DNA of 64,000 nucleotides from Dicyema japonicum (lineage: Eukaryota > Animalia > Dicyemida): contig RDEW01000015.1 of NCBI GenBank assembly GCA_011109175.1, positions 672,938-736,937 on the forward strand. Reading direction: 5' to 3'. This document shows, one piece after another, positions 1 through 13,009 of this stretch (its first letter is position 1; every line of letters starts with the position of its first letter). The notes beneath the pieces were generated by a model. That model worked only from the letters and a program-made list of their open reading frames with translations, had not been told where the DNA came from and did no database searches. The translations under genes were made by a program, and so were the position numbers.

Positions 1-325
1 GTTCTTACATCAGAACAAATGTGATAGATGCCCGATGGAGGCTATTTGGGCATGTACTAAGAATGAAGGAAGAATCGTAAAACACAGATTGGCTTTCTTT
101 GGGCATATTGTCCGCTCTGATTCACTGGAAAGAACCATTATGCTGAGCAATATTACTAGGAAGAGAAGACCTGGCCGACCAAAGACTCGGTGGCTATCTA
201 CGGTGAAAGACGTCACGGGAATGCCTATATCAAGGCTACTCCAAATTGCAACGGATCGGGGAGAGTGGAGGAAACTCGTTCATGAGATCTCCAAGGGTCG
301 GACACGACTTAATTGGACAACATAA
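1..325 (+). mobile_element. RTE-clade LINE, 3' end of RT ORF
   Basis: ORF 35-325 reads RLAFFGHIVR...RRPGRPKTRWLSTVK...ATDRGEWRKLV, the typical RTE C-terminus, followed by a short AAC/ATAAC tail. Confidence 0.85.
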
Positions 326-336
326 CATAACTAAGA

Positions 337-622
337 ATGAACCCGGACGCACCCGCTAACAAAGCGATGGAAGATTACTTTGATAGTTGCGACAAACCAT
401 TCCGCGGACGACCTAGATCGACACTTCCGACTGCTTTAAACAAAGACCTAAATCGTGTGAGAAAAAAATCTAAAGACGGGAGACGACATGGACGAATTGA
501 GATCACTCGCATTCGACAGAGGAAGATGGAAAAGACTAACTATAAATATTGTTTCTTTGAGTGTTGCACATGCGGGGCTATAATCATTAAGGCTTTCGTG
601 AAAGTGCCATAATAATAATAAC
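337..622 (+). mobile_element. RTEX-like LINE, 3' fragment
   Basis: NKAMEDYF...FRGRPRSTLPTALNKDL matches the C-terminus of the element at 56280-60210. It ends in GGCTTTCGTGAAAGTGCCA(TAA)n, the 3' signature also seen at 20905-20940 and 48123-48150. Confidence 0.7.
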
Positions 623-719
623 TTCCATTTATTTAGGATGAAGATCCACCGTAGTTGAATAATTTCGAATATAAGCCTTAAAATTTAGAAACTAAAAAAA
701 AGAGAGTAAACAATTATAT

Positions 720-800
720 AGAGGCTGCCCTGACTGCGTGGCTATTCCTTTTCAAAATAGCGAGCGATATTCGCTCAAATAACCAGCAGCGCTCACGAGG
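720..800 (-). mobile_element. CRE-like retroelement, truncated 3' end
   Basis: Clearly similar to 1375-1440 (LFERISLAIL.GNSH); a second short copy of the same terminus. Confidence 0.6.
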
Positions 801-1369
801 GCTTCCTGTTTGTTTAGCGATCTGATTCCCTAGACGACTTAAGAATTCAAGCGTCGCAGGCGCAAGGTAATTTTAATATATCCTCAATTCAAACTAAAGG
901 TATCATGTAGTCTTTGGCAAATTAAATGGTTCAGAACTGATTAAAACGCTACTATCAAAGTAGTGAAGCTTACAGTACCTCAAAACAGGTACTGAAGCTG
1001 TGGGTGTCTCTCACAAAACTTAGTATCTCTGAAAGTGTTTTTACTCCAATAGTTTCGACTGCAATTCTTTCAGGAGTAGCCATTCTTAAATATTTATCAA
1101 AAATTGATTTGCGAGACCGACATGGCGTAGGCTCAAATACATCCAGAGAGGGAGGCCTCAGCGGGAGTGAGTGAAAAAATTAAAATTATCTTGATGTTGG
1201 AAAAAATCCACTTTGATGCGAAGTTAAATGAAGAACATGAAAAATTATTGAGACGAGAGAATATGGAAGAGAAAATAGCGGATTTCCATATGAAAGGCGG
1301 TGATTTGCCTTTGTCGGGCGAGAACACAAAGGAAAGATTTTTTTAATAATAAAAAAGTTAGTTAGTTGC

Positions 1370-2720
1370 CGCCCTCACTGTGTGGCTGTTCCCTCTCAGA
1401 ATTGCGAGCGAAATTCGCTCAAATAGCCAGCGGCGTTAACGGAGATCTCCAGTGCATGAGGTGATCCTGTTTCCAAGACGTCCGAAAATCTCTAGTGTAG
1501 AGGGGGAGTAGGATTCGGAAGTCTCCATAGCAAGGGGAACAAATTTGACATTAATGGGAAGGTCGACGTATTTCTCGAGTTTGGCCTTCTCCGCCTTGAC
1601 GGCTGCAGAGCAGGCCTTTGAAGCGCAATCGTGAAGATTGTTCGGGGCGAACGTGTCTGTACATGTCACATCCTAAACAAGTGGTTTCCCGGCCTCAAAG
1701 GGAAATATGGTCATCCCGTTCGGTCATTTCCCGTCACTTCTGCATAACCCGACCGGTTCAAGAATGGCCGAGTATCCAGCAGCATCCATAGCCCGCTTGA
1801 CAATCTCATTCAGACCTTTGTGCCTTGGAGATCTGCCAGCGCTCCTCTTGCAGGCGAGAGGGTGCAGGCCATAGCAGTCTATCAGGATGCCACATCGGCA
1901 CGGGTGAGGTACACATACTTTCAGTCCCAGCCGCAGAGAGATACCACTTCTAACGCATTCATTATCCAGAAAAATACCCGAGCTCCATTTGGGATGGCGT
2001 TTAGCCAAGCTCCGCTCTCAGGGGAAGCCCCCGAAAGCAAACAAGCGCGTCGGTGCTGATTGGCTGATTCCAATACGAGTCCAAATGATTTCCAACATAA
2101 TAAATTGTCCAGGTTTCGCTGGCAGTTTTGTGAATGAGGCAGGGGGAGGTTGGTGGCATTCCAGGCTTCTCGTGCGTGGATTATGTCTTGGTCAATTGAG
2201 AATTAGGGTAGGGAGTGTAGAATCCTCCTGACCAAAGGTACGCAGGCCGTGAGTGAAGACAGATGTGCAGGAAGTGAGACTTCCAAAGTACGACAGATAC
2301 CAAGACCCCGAAATCTAACTGGGAATGTAGCTTGCTTCCATGTGACCGTCGAATTTGACATTAAATATTTGCTCCGTCGAGCTGAGGAAAGACAAATCAA
2401 AAGGCTCAAGCTGCTCTAGTTGGGAATAGTACGGGGCTGTCCTGAGTAAATAGGCGATTCTCTGAATTTAAAGACTTCTTTTCATGAGGAATAGTACTGA
2501 GTGTGAGTCAAGTAGCTGTAATCTGTCCAGCGATTCGCATAGGAGTTGTTTTTTGTCAAGGAGGACATGCTTCATCGCATTCCTAGTGATGGGGGATCCA
2601 AGAAAAATCAATTCGTTTTCAGGGGTCGAAATCCCACCAGGAAACAAGGAGTAAAATTTTGGAACAATTGAAGAGAAGTTATCGTCAGCAAAATTAATTA
2701 ATTCCAAGTGAGTTCTAGGA
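1370..2720 (-). mobile_element. CRE-like non-LTR retrotransposon (RT C-terminus plus restriction-like endonuclease), degenerate
   Basis: Motifs FLGSPI, GLGI, CVPHPCRCG, RHKGLNEIVKRA, DGK.PDGMT, DVTCTDT, FVPLAMET; several stops and frameshifts. Confidence 0.85.
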
Positions 2721-3299
2721 GTGACCGGTATTTAATGACCGCTAATCTCCTGTAAGTTAGTGAGGCCGGGGTTACTTAACAAAGGAACCATCAGACTTAT
2801 TTTACGAGAAAATTAAAAGACCACATAATCCTTCGGTGCTTCTATTATTTTAAACAGTTGGTCTCCAATTATATTTTATTAATGTCATCTTCACAGCTTC
2901 CAAATAAATTTTGCGGAAAAATCTCTTAGTTTTTTAAATTTATGAGACCGTGCGAGAATAGAAATTAAGTGATAAAAATAGAGGATTTCCGAAGTAAACG
3001 AAATCGACGACTGTGACAAATGTTGAAGTGCTTTAATACCAAAAATAATACTTATTTTGATGGCCTTCAAGTCAACATTCTTTTATTGCCGAAAGTTCAC
3101 AAGTAAAAAGTTAACAGAGTGGTTAATTGAGGTAGTAAGTTGAGTTGGTGAAGCACCTCTATTGTAATAAATGTCAATTTGCCTCATTATGGATGAAAAG
3201 CTTACCTACCATCTTCTGTGGTCACGAAGGAGGTAATGGACTCGGAAGACATCGGAGACTCGAAGTTCTGACCAAAGGACGGGTTAGAATCCCGTCCAA

Positions 3300-3450
3300 C
3301 CCACGGCTTCCGTTTCAGAAAAAAAGGTGAAGTAGGTCCACTCTCTTCCATTTCCATCACTCGTCATACCGTGTTGGACATCACTTCATTCACTAGTGGA
3401 AGAGTTTTCACTAGTGGAAGACTCACTAGTGGAAGACTCCTCACCAGTGG
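3300..3450 (+). repeat. Unclassified dispersed repeat with internal CACTAGTGGAAG tandem units
   Basis: Aligns by eye with the reverse complement of 17700-17830 (GAAGTAGGTCC.C.CTCTTC...GGACATCACTTCATTCA.TAG.GG.AGAGTTTTCA). CACTAGTGGAAG occurs at 3391, 3409 and 3424. Confidence 0.65.
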
Positions 3451-3984
3451 AGTTGGTCAAGGAGAAATGTTGTTATTTAGTGTTAATTAGATATAATTTT
3501 CAAATTGATTTGAACGTCAACTTGAATTATATTCTGCTTCTCACAATAATTGAATTAGTCATTTGTGAATAAAACACAAATATTCGTCAATACTAAATGC
3601 TAGCTATATTAGTAGCAAATATACTCGGACTATCTTACGTTACCACAAATCCTGAGGTGACCATGACTTACAACGAGTCCTACGATAATAACGGAGTCCA
3701 CAACTTATGATCTATTGCCAAGCAAATGAAGAGCATACACAATCAGTGAGATTATTATACAGCATTTGAGTCAAATTCTTTGGTTCCCTCAAAATGACGA
3801 CGAACAACAAAATTGTCGCAATTTTTAGAAAATTATCTGGGATTTATTCCATTTTAGACAAAAAATAATTTAATTCAGCGATTTACTCCTGTTGCGACCG
3901 AATCATCGGAGCCGTTGGTCCAATGACGGCTGAGATCTTGCGCGGAACTCGGAGGATTGCTTGCCAGAAAGAAAAGAGATCAAC

Positions 3985-4080
3985 GAGAAGGGTTATGGCT
4001 AAGACAAAAGATTGGAATAGCCATACTCCGAGGGAACTCGGTTCGCAATCCACGCAGCAGGCTTCCTCAACTGACAATGT
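3985..4080 (+). mobile_element. 3' UTR fragment of the R4/NeSL-like RLE family
   Basis: AAGGGTTATGGCTAAGACAAAAGA..GGAATAGCCATACTCCGAGGGAACTC..TTCGCAATCCACGCAGCAG is nearly identical to about 11908-11980. Confidence 0.65.
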
Positions 4081-4379
4081 TTAATTATTAAAAAAATTTT
4101 TTGTTAAAAAAAAAATTGAAAACTTGTATTGATTATTTTTTTTTAATTTTTAAATAAAATAAAAGTAAATTTTATGGGAATAAAATATTCTTGGAATTAT
4201 ACAGATTTTTTGCCAAAAGACAGAAGTTGGACAAAAAGTATACATGGACGTCATGTCCACCCATGCCATACGGATCCTCGAAAACAATAAGATACTGGAA
4301 CGTAGACTTCCTGAGAGGCGTTTCAGAAACTGCTGCTCCAGAAGGCCATCAGAGTAAGCATCATCCATTTCTGGTTGGA

Positions 4380-4530
4380 AAAGTAAAGGTGATTGAAACG
4401 AAGCGGAAACGATCTCCGAGGGCTGAGTATTTTTCAGTTTTTTACATTCGACAGAACCTGCATTTGGGGAGTCAGAATAAGCAGATAATGTTTTTTGTGA
4501 AGAAGTGAATCCGTTGACGCATGTCACACT
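4380..4530 (-). mobile_element. Highly degenerate CRE-like RLE fragment
   Basis: VTCVNGFTSS...NAGSVECKKLKN resembles the DVTCVDTF...AE..K..KY segment of the CRE copies; weak. Confidence 0.35.
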
Positions 4531-5059
4531 TCACACACGAGATCTTCCATGTAAAATTTTAAAAATTATCATCCCACAGGTCTCATCTCTGCTGTCAAGG
4601 GGGCTCTATCAAAGACGGGTCTTTTGCAGATTTAAGTTTTCTTCCAATTCCATTAAGATCCTTGTTAGAGCCACATGGAGGGTGACGCCTCTGAACGATG
4701 GTTTGTTCTCATTATTATTATTACCCCCAGGATCACTGGATAAAGAGAAAGAAAGAGTTCTCATTGTTAAAGTAATTGTCCATTGTTATATTTGCAAGGG
4801 CGTTTATGTCCATTCTAAGCACGTGCCCAAGCAGTCTCCATCTTGATTCAATAATGTCGATGCTTATTGACTTCGATTGTGCCACAGAGTATAATTTTCA
4901 ACCTATGCCCATTAAATTGCGTAATTGTTTTCGATGAAATATATCCATTTTCTTGAGCTCTAGCTCTGTGACCCCCATGTACCCGAGTTGCACATAAGCA
5001 CCGGCTTTATATATGCGTTGCATAGTCTTATTCTTAGATTAGTTTTTATTAGTTTTCGT

Positions 5060-6800
5060 CAGGGCTGTGGAGTCGGTAAAATATAGCACGACTCCGATTC
5101 CTCAAATATATTTCTTTAACTCCTCGACTCCGGTTATTATATAAAAAATTCAGACGTTGTAAGAATAACAGAAAAAAGAAAAAAAACATTTAGAAATGAT
5201 AATTTAACTATTATTTTTTAGAAATAATATAACTTCGACCAGGTCTTCCTTCATAGAAGGTCGAAGGTCTGATTTGATAAATTGTAGTCCAGAAAACAGC
5301 CTTTCTACGCTGACTTGTGTATGAGGTAGAACAAAGATATCATAGCTGATTTTTTGATAGCTTCAGGGTAATACTCAAAAAGATCATGAAGTGGTATTTG
5401 ACAAGAACGATCGTATTGAAGTATCACATCAGCCGCGGAATCGAATTTTTGTTTTAAAAGTTGCAATTTTGGATTCAAAGGTCTTAGGTGGTTTTAATTC
5501 GTTTTGCACTTTCAATTTTGTTCAAATATTTTTCGAAATCTTCATTCGACGATGAGGAACTGAGTTCAATTTGAATGTCAATATTATATGAATATGTATC
5601 CTTACATTCTTCTATGTTTTGTGACTCCAGTCTCTTGATTTTTAGTTCAAGGTCAAATAATCCATTTTCGCTCTATTTACCTGTTCATCCGTTAAGAGCA
5701 CTCGGTTCCTTGGATCAACATAGACAGAAGCTAACAGGGTGTCATTGATTAGCAATTGAGCTTCCCTTTTTTTCCATTGAAGTTGTATTTACTTTGGAAT
5801 TGAGCTTCCCTTTTTTCCTCCTCTTTTGGAAATATATATTGAATTTTTCCATTCCCATAGAAATGATCCACCTGTAACCGTTTTGTAGTTTGGAAAAAAG
5901 GATATAAAACAAGTTCTTCCCATTGCTTTTCAGTTGGTGAAATGTTTTGGTTGCCAACATCCCCAATAAAAGACTTTAATTCAATTAATCGACGAATCAT
6001 AAGTATGTGCTTTCCCAGCGTGTTTCCTGATCAAGTATAGCACCTTTCCCCGCTCTTCGTTCTAGAAGATTATCAATCTTGGATGTACGTGCTGATGCAG
6101 ATATTTGTCGTATATATTGATTATTCCTGCAATATAAGGATCTTTTATGCCATCTCTTATAGCCAATTGTTAGTTTGTGTACTACACATCCCATGTGCTG
6201 GATTTGGCACAACATTGATGCATTTTCAGTGATGTTATCTAATAAATCATCAGAATCATGATTTTCTTCAACATCTCTCTGAGTTGTATTATTTATCTTG
6301 GCAATTAATTTTTTCATGTTCGCAGTATTGTCGATAACTATGCACAAAATCTGTTCCTTCTTAATTTCAAAGTCTTCAAGAACCAATTTTTCAGATGATT
6401 ACCGTCATGGTGAGCTGCAGTGTCTTTTAATGATAATGTCCTCGTAGCAACCTGGCCATTCTGAGAATAGAATCGAATTGCGAAATAATTTACTCGGTGT
6501 CGTGTAGTACATTCCATTTTAATATGTAATAACTTTCTAACGAGGAGAGTTTTCAAATAGTTTTTTCTCTTTATGGCTTCGTCAATAACGAGATTTCGTA
6601 TACTTTGTCTCTCTAGTGAAATGCCTAACTTCTTGGCTATTTCTCCATTAAGTCCAAGAAATCCTGGTTGAGAAAAAAAGTGAGAGGTACACAATTCACA
6701 GAAACAAGTTCAATGAGATGCATTTAAAATTTTCAGCATCCATGAGTAATTTTATCAGATTGAAAAAACTTATTTATTACTGGCTGACTTCGAGATGTAG
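5060..6800 (-). mobile_element. hAT DNA transposon with disrupted transposase
   Basis: Minus-strand peptides IVIDNTANM, CVVHKL, DQETRWESTYLMIRR, VDPRNR and TQVSVERLFSG (hAT dimerisation domain). Terminus CAGGGCTGTGGAGTCGG at 5060 with subterminal GACTCC repeats; the opposite TIR was not found. Confidence 0.85.
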
Positions 6801-7399
6801 TATTTTCTAAGGGCACGTCAAAGGAAAACTAATCACAAGAATAACTCTGTATGTTGAGAAATCCGTTATATCAAAGTTAGAAGTTAACTTGGAAATAATT
6901 ATTTCACGGTAATCAGTCAAAGCCAACATGAAGGTTCGCTTTCGGTCGTTGAGTCGTCCAAAACAGAACAGAAAATGAAGTTCGTGAGTTGGAACTGTGG
7001 AAAGCTTTAAGAGCCTGATTTCAGAATTTACGGTACTTCCTCTCCTATGTAGAATTCAGCGTCTCCCAGTGTTTCTTTAACTTCTACGGCTTCTTTATTG
7101 TTCTTGGCCTACAGTAATGTAAGAAACTACGCTCTTTTCTGTGTACTTCATATTAGTGATGATTTGCGGAACCGGATTTTCTTCTGGGATTCACTCACAA
7201 AAAAAGAAAAAAACAAGAAGTCAAGAACTTTTTCATGACTGTTCTTAATTCTTAAATAAAGTGAGTTCTGCCTAGGATGAGGTTTAATAATGGAAACATT
7301 ACTATTCCTTGGCGGCGGTGCTTTTTTGTCTTAAATTTTATAACTAAATTTTTGCCTTGTTTTAGTCATAAACCGTGGTTATTAAATTATTTATTCACT

Positions 7400-8180
7400 A
7401 GCTTCGCTCACAGTGTGCTAATTCCTGTGGAGGGCCTGTGCTGCGCAGTTCGCTTCACATATTGATCTGATGCCAAAAATATCATTTTTATCCCAGTTTA
7501 TTATTATTAGCAATGTCCCCGGAACCAGAATAGTAACTAATTTAAGATTCCATTTTTGCCATCCGTCTCTGGACACGCGCCGTGAGTCGTTTCCATCTTC
7601 CCCTGATTCTCGCATCCGCCCTCAGATCTTCCAGATCCTCTCCTGTTTTCAGTTTTCTTCCTATGCAAGTGAGTTCTCTGTCGACTTCGATACGTTGTTT
7701 TGTTTAATACAGAAAAGTATGATTCCATGGCCTGATTGACCAAGGCCATTTCCGAAGCTCTTCGGATATGTCCAAAGAGCTGTCTTTTCGCAGAAGTAAC
7801 TTTATTGTTGTTTGAGTAATTCTATATAGCTCGTTGGTTATCCGTTTTGGCCAGTAGACTCCCAGGAAGAGTCATAGTTGTTTTTCTGTGGAAAAAGTTG
7901 AGGTTTTCCAGTTCTTTGGCGGTTAAGCCCCAGGTCCCCGCGTTATAAAGTAGAATTGGTTCGATAAAGGAGTTGTACAACCGAATTCAAAGGCGAGTGC
8001 CTATGTACTTTCGTCGCATTCAGATCGCCCACAATTTTTTGAAAGAAGCAACCCCAGAACTTTCCTGTGAATAACGTCCTCCAAATCCTCGAGGAGAGAT
8101 CCAACTTATTCAGTTTAGGAAATTAATTTTTTGACCAATTCTTTACTCTGATCGATCCCATGTAAATTTCTCTTTAAACC
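7400..8180 (-). mobile_element. RTEX-like LINE, 3' part, degenerate
   Basis: YNSFIEPILLYNAGTWG and LGVYWPKRITN are homologous to 56500-56900 (YETFVKPILIYNSSTWG). Confidence 0.75.
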
Positions 8181-8223
8181 TGGGGACCAACCTTCATTTA
8201 TCTTTACACTAGATTATTATCAT

Positions 8224-9390
8224 TTATAAAGGTTCGATCATGGAGGGGTGTCCGGCGGCGTCCAAAGCTCGCCTAACGACTTCGTTTGAGGCCATGTGTC
8301 TGGGAAATCTGCCTGCACTCTTCCTGCAGAAGAGAGTGTGTAGGCCAAAACAGTCGATCTGGTATCCGCTTCGGCACGATGTGGAACACAAACGTTTAAT
8401 CCCAGTCGCAATGAGATCCCAATACGGACGCATTCATCATCCAGGAAGGTACCCAGAACTCCATTGGGAATGGAGTTGAGCCAGGCACCGCTCTCGGTTT
8501 TCGTTGTCCACTCGAGGAAAGTGCCCTGATGGCTGCGTGGGTGCCATCTTCGATTAACTTCGACCGGACAGTTCTCTTGAGACGGAACACTTCGACTTCC
8601 TCGTTCTGACCACGTGTCTCCCTCGTACGGATAGAAGCCATGGGACAACTGGAGATGTGGATAATTCCAAAAAAACGAATATTGGTCCTCATGGGGGTAG
8701 CGATAGACTCCTTTCCATGACCATCTCGATCAAGTCCCAGTGTGGAAGACGCAAAACTGAATAAACGCATCCAATCATGTAATGCGTTAGTCCGGAGGGC
8801 ATTTTCGATCGTTTTGGAAACGGCCTCTGCAGCGACAGGTCGTACGGCTTTTGGAATTCTCACAAGGATAGTCCGTGAAGAACGTAATTCAGAGATGAGA
8901 CGTAGGAATGTTTCAAGGTCCATGGTTGATGAGTAATTAACGGGAGAGTTGACATTGGCACGAGCACAAGGAACCTCCCTGCATAGGCCGAGGCATGAAT
9001 GGCAGTGCCATACTCCAAGCACGCTCGCTGCGGCTTGTGAGAGCGTGATACACCCGAGGTGGAAGAAATCTCCAAAAGCAGAGCAAGAGATACCACGCTT
9101 CCGAGTTCTGACAAGCCGACATGACAAACACATCTAGTTGACTTGGCTGGTACCTTTTTCTTCGAAGTGGGAACATTCTTTTCAGGTGTTTTTTTCACAA
9201 CAGGCATAATCAAAACAACGACCGTCCACAACAACACGTCTTATATTGAGCTTTGGACGCCGTCGGACACCCCTCCATGCTCGAACCTGTCGGCCTTTGC
9301 AAACGGGACAGGAAACGACCAGATGAGATGACAATCTTCCCCTTTGAAGCCGGGAAATCTCTTGTCTGGGACGTTACCTGCTTTGACTTT
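8224..9390 (-). mobile_element. Internally deleted CRE-like element with N-terminal PHD-like finger and an inverted 3' segment
   Basis: Minus strand 9133-8224: Cys/His finger and N-terminal region joined directly to SGAWLNSIP...RHMASNEVVRRALDAAGHP with no RT. The RLE continues on the plus strand at 9248-9390 (RPDEMT, WDVTC). Confidence 0.8.
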
Positions 9391-9479
9391 ATGGCAAATT
9401 TACCTAGGAAAATTTTTTTTAAAATATTAAAAAAATAATCAAAAACTTTATTAAAATATAGAATAATGTAATTCAAAAC

Positions 9480-10552
9480 GTTTTCATGTTAAAAATTCCG
9501 GTCTTTAGATAATAATTTTACACTAATAAAAATCTTTACTTAATAGACATGTGGAAGGAGATTTTTTCAAATAGCCGTATGTGCTTATAGAAATATGTTA
9601 TTTTTCCACTTTTGTATTAAAAAAGCTTATTAACAAAAAATCTATAATTCAGATACTTCTTAATTCCGCATAAATCGTTACTGAAATACAATTTTTGAAT
9701 ATGCTAGCTCGTCTTCTACGGTGAAATAAGTTTTCCTGTCACCCCTATCAAATTATAAACCAATGTTAACATAATATAGCTGATAAATTGCTCCATAGTT
9801 CACTTTAATAGATTACTTCCAGGCATTTTTTATTAAAATTCCATTTCCATCAAAATTATAGTTATTTTTTACATCAATAAATTTTTATAATAATATTCAA
9901 CAATTTCAAGACAATTCCCCTTCTGGCCAGAATTATTTTGGGTAGATAGCCAATTTCAAATGAATTTTCTGTTTTCAATCAAAGTTTATTTGTGTATTCA
10001 CACATATTTACATCGATTTCGTAGATCGAACCAATTTTTTCCAACTCTATAATAAATGCATGTAAAAACTCAAAAATTGCTTCGGTCAAGTTACCTTTGG
10101 CATAAATTTTCTACAATTTTTCATAGAAGGAAGTAAAACGAAATCCAATGCCCTCAAACAAGTCTTTTAAACTTTAATGTGCAAAGAAAATCATATTCGA
10201 GTAAGCATCAGTGACTCATTGGTCCTAGAGTTAGTAGATGGAATGAGAAAATCAAATATTTTTAAGTAGCACCTGTGAAATAGAAAAAATGATAGACCTG
10301 TTAGTTTGAAATATTTCTTAGACGAAAGATTCAACAAAAACCTGTTGTTTAGAAAATTCGTAAGTTGATAGAAAATTCCCCAGGATGTTTTCTAATAACA
10401 GTTTTAAGCTTTTCAATGACCTTCCAGATTGAACCCGCATGACACGTTAGTACTTTATTCAAAAACTCTAAAAATTATTAAATTAAAAATAAAAATCAAT
10501 AAAAATTTTGACTTTATTGACCTAAAAATTAAATTTTGACTTTTTTGACTTT
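9480..10552 (-). pseudogene. Copy A of an unidentified multi-copy, micro-intron-containing gene family (disabled)
   Basis: 10020-10552 aligns in inverse orientation with 35870-36420. It starts MRVQSGRSLKSLKLLLENILGNF, has a 25-nt GT-AG intron and contains in-frame stops. Confidence 0.5.
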
Positions 10553-10559
10553 ATAGTGA

Positions 10560-11990
10560 ATTTGTTTAAGGCTATTAACGAGCACGCTCTGTCTTTATAT
10601 AACTATTATATTGGACTCATTAATGTGGAACCCTGTGAATACGATTTGATTGACTCAGCTATCAGCCCATATTGATTAAACATCGAGTCCATCTCAACCT
10701 GCATGCAAGCAGAGGCTTTATTTACGAGGAATTACCTGTGAGGGCTACGCTCAATCTCTCTTCTAAGTGAGAAGATGTTATATGGATTTTTTCATGATTT
10801 GAAACTCAGAAGTACTGTTTGCAGTAGAAGCGCCGCAATTCTTCAAGCCGAAATTTCGGAGAAAACACATTTGGCATTAATCGAAGAATTTCTAAGGCAC
10901 AAGTATTCTGTTTGCGACATGAGTCGGATACAAAATTGATATCGAACATGCAAAAAGAAGGTTTAATGAATCAAATAAGACTGGAGAGTCTTCATTACGT
11001 TATTTATAAGAATTTGTTGGAGATTATGTGAATATAGAGCATTCCTCTCATTGGCTTCTAAAAGGGATAACTCCCAAGGTCGAAGCCTTATTCTGCCTTA
11101 TTCAAGATAGGAATCTGTTCTTTGGAGAACAAAATGCAATGTGCACCCATTGTAAAAAATGGAGAAGACCGTGGATCATTGTGCCACAAGTGTGAAAAGA
11201 TGTTGCATGGGATTATGTAAGAAGACATAACCAAGTCGTGAGGTGTCTACATTTCCACTTTTGCAAATAGTTTGGTCTCAAAAACAAGAAACTGAAGACT
11301 CATTCAGTGCAATTCATTGTAATGAGTTGAAATCAGAGTTGACACCTTTATCAAACGGAAATAATTATTGAGCATAAAAAAGCCAGACCTGTTCGTTTTG
11401 ATAACAGGAGAAACAAAATTACCTTGGTCGAGGTGGGAATAACATCATCCCAAAATCTACAGCAGGTGGAATGCGAAAAGCTGAGGAAGTATGACCTTAT
11501 TTCCATAGAACTGGAGTTGAATGCACCACGCAGAGGTCAAGATTGTCCCGATTGTACTCACTTGGGATAACCTAGTGACTTCCCATTCGTGGAAGTATGC
11601 CAGATCTTTCAATATAAGTGAATGAACGTATGCGTATGTCAATCGCTGTTAATCAAGAAGACTTTGGAGAGTATGATTGCATCATATAGGAACGAAGTCG
11701 ACGTTTCGCGGCGTTATGAAAGGATAAAGGATATTTACTCTCGGTCTGATTATGAAGAAATTCAAGAAAAGAGTGTGGGAGAAGTGATGACAATACATAT
11801 TGAGGAAAAGGAAAACGACTGTGACAATTGGGTTTACTCCCATAGTTGCTCGAAGAGGAAACGAATTGGATAGAGAACATTTTAATTAGAATTAACTTTT
11901 TAAGATAAGGGTTATGGCTAAGACAAAAGATAGGAATAGCCATACTCCGAGGGAACTCGTTCGCAATCCACGCAGCAGATATTTTGGTTC
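10560..11990 (+). mobile_element. R4/NeSL-like RLE retrotransposon, 3' half, degenerate
   Basis: CLIQDRNLFFG, C.HC.K...TVDHCAT, YVRRHNQVVRCLHFHFC, KPDLF, LVEVGIT, IVPIVLTWD, YVQSLLIKKTLES. Confidence 0.85.
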
Positions 11991-12427
11991 AATAAAATAA
12001 AAAAATTTATAACTTTTAATTTATATAATATTTTTGATTAAAAATCACATTTTTATAAGTTTTAAACAATTTAAAGAAAAGAAAAAAGAACATATAAGTT
12101 TTGACTTTATTGAACAAAATCTCCCTAATGATGAGCTAAAGACTTTTCCGATGCACAAGAGTTTCGAGTTTGCCACTACTTGTAAGAAAAGGGAAACTTG
12201 TTATAAGGCGCCAGTGACCTCTTAACTAATCCTTCCCACGCGGCTTCACTCCCTTACCTAGCAAGATTTCGGTAGACTCTAGTATTTGATGGCGCATTGT
12301 CATAAATGCTGGAAAATACTCAGAATCTTCAAGGACTCAGCAATTCATCAGTAAATATTTTAATTATATAGAACGACAATATTTTATATAGAGCATTAAA
12401 CTATTTGAAAATATCAGTCACGTGGGA

Positions 12428-12888
<461 letters not shown>

Positions 12889-13009
12889 TGCTGATACTAG
12901 CTTTAAATTATTTTTTAAACATTCTTAATAAATTTTATTGGTTAAAATAATCAACAAGTAATTCATTTATTTTTCAAAACAACAAAATATTATTTATTAA
13001 CTATGGGGG

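Noticed and set aside
3391-3452. CACTAGTGGAAG units as a possible CRISPR or telomeric array
   Set aside because: Units are 12 bp with 3-6 bp spacers, in a eukaryotic context with no cas genes.
4191-4846. Plus-strand ORFs of 105 and 113 aa
   Set aside because: No motifs; they overlap a degenerate minus-strand retroelement fragment and a (TAA)n LINE tail.
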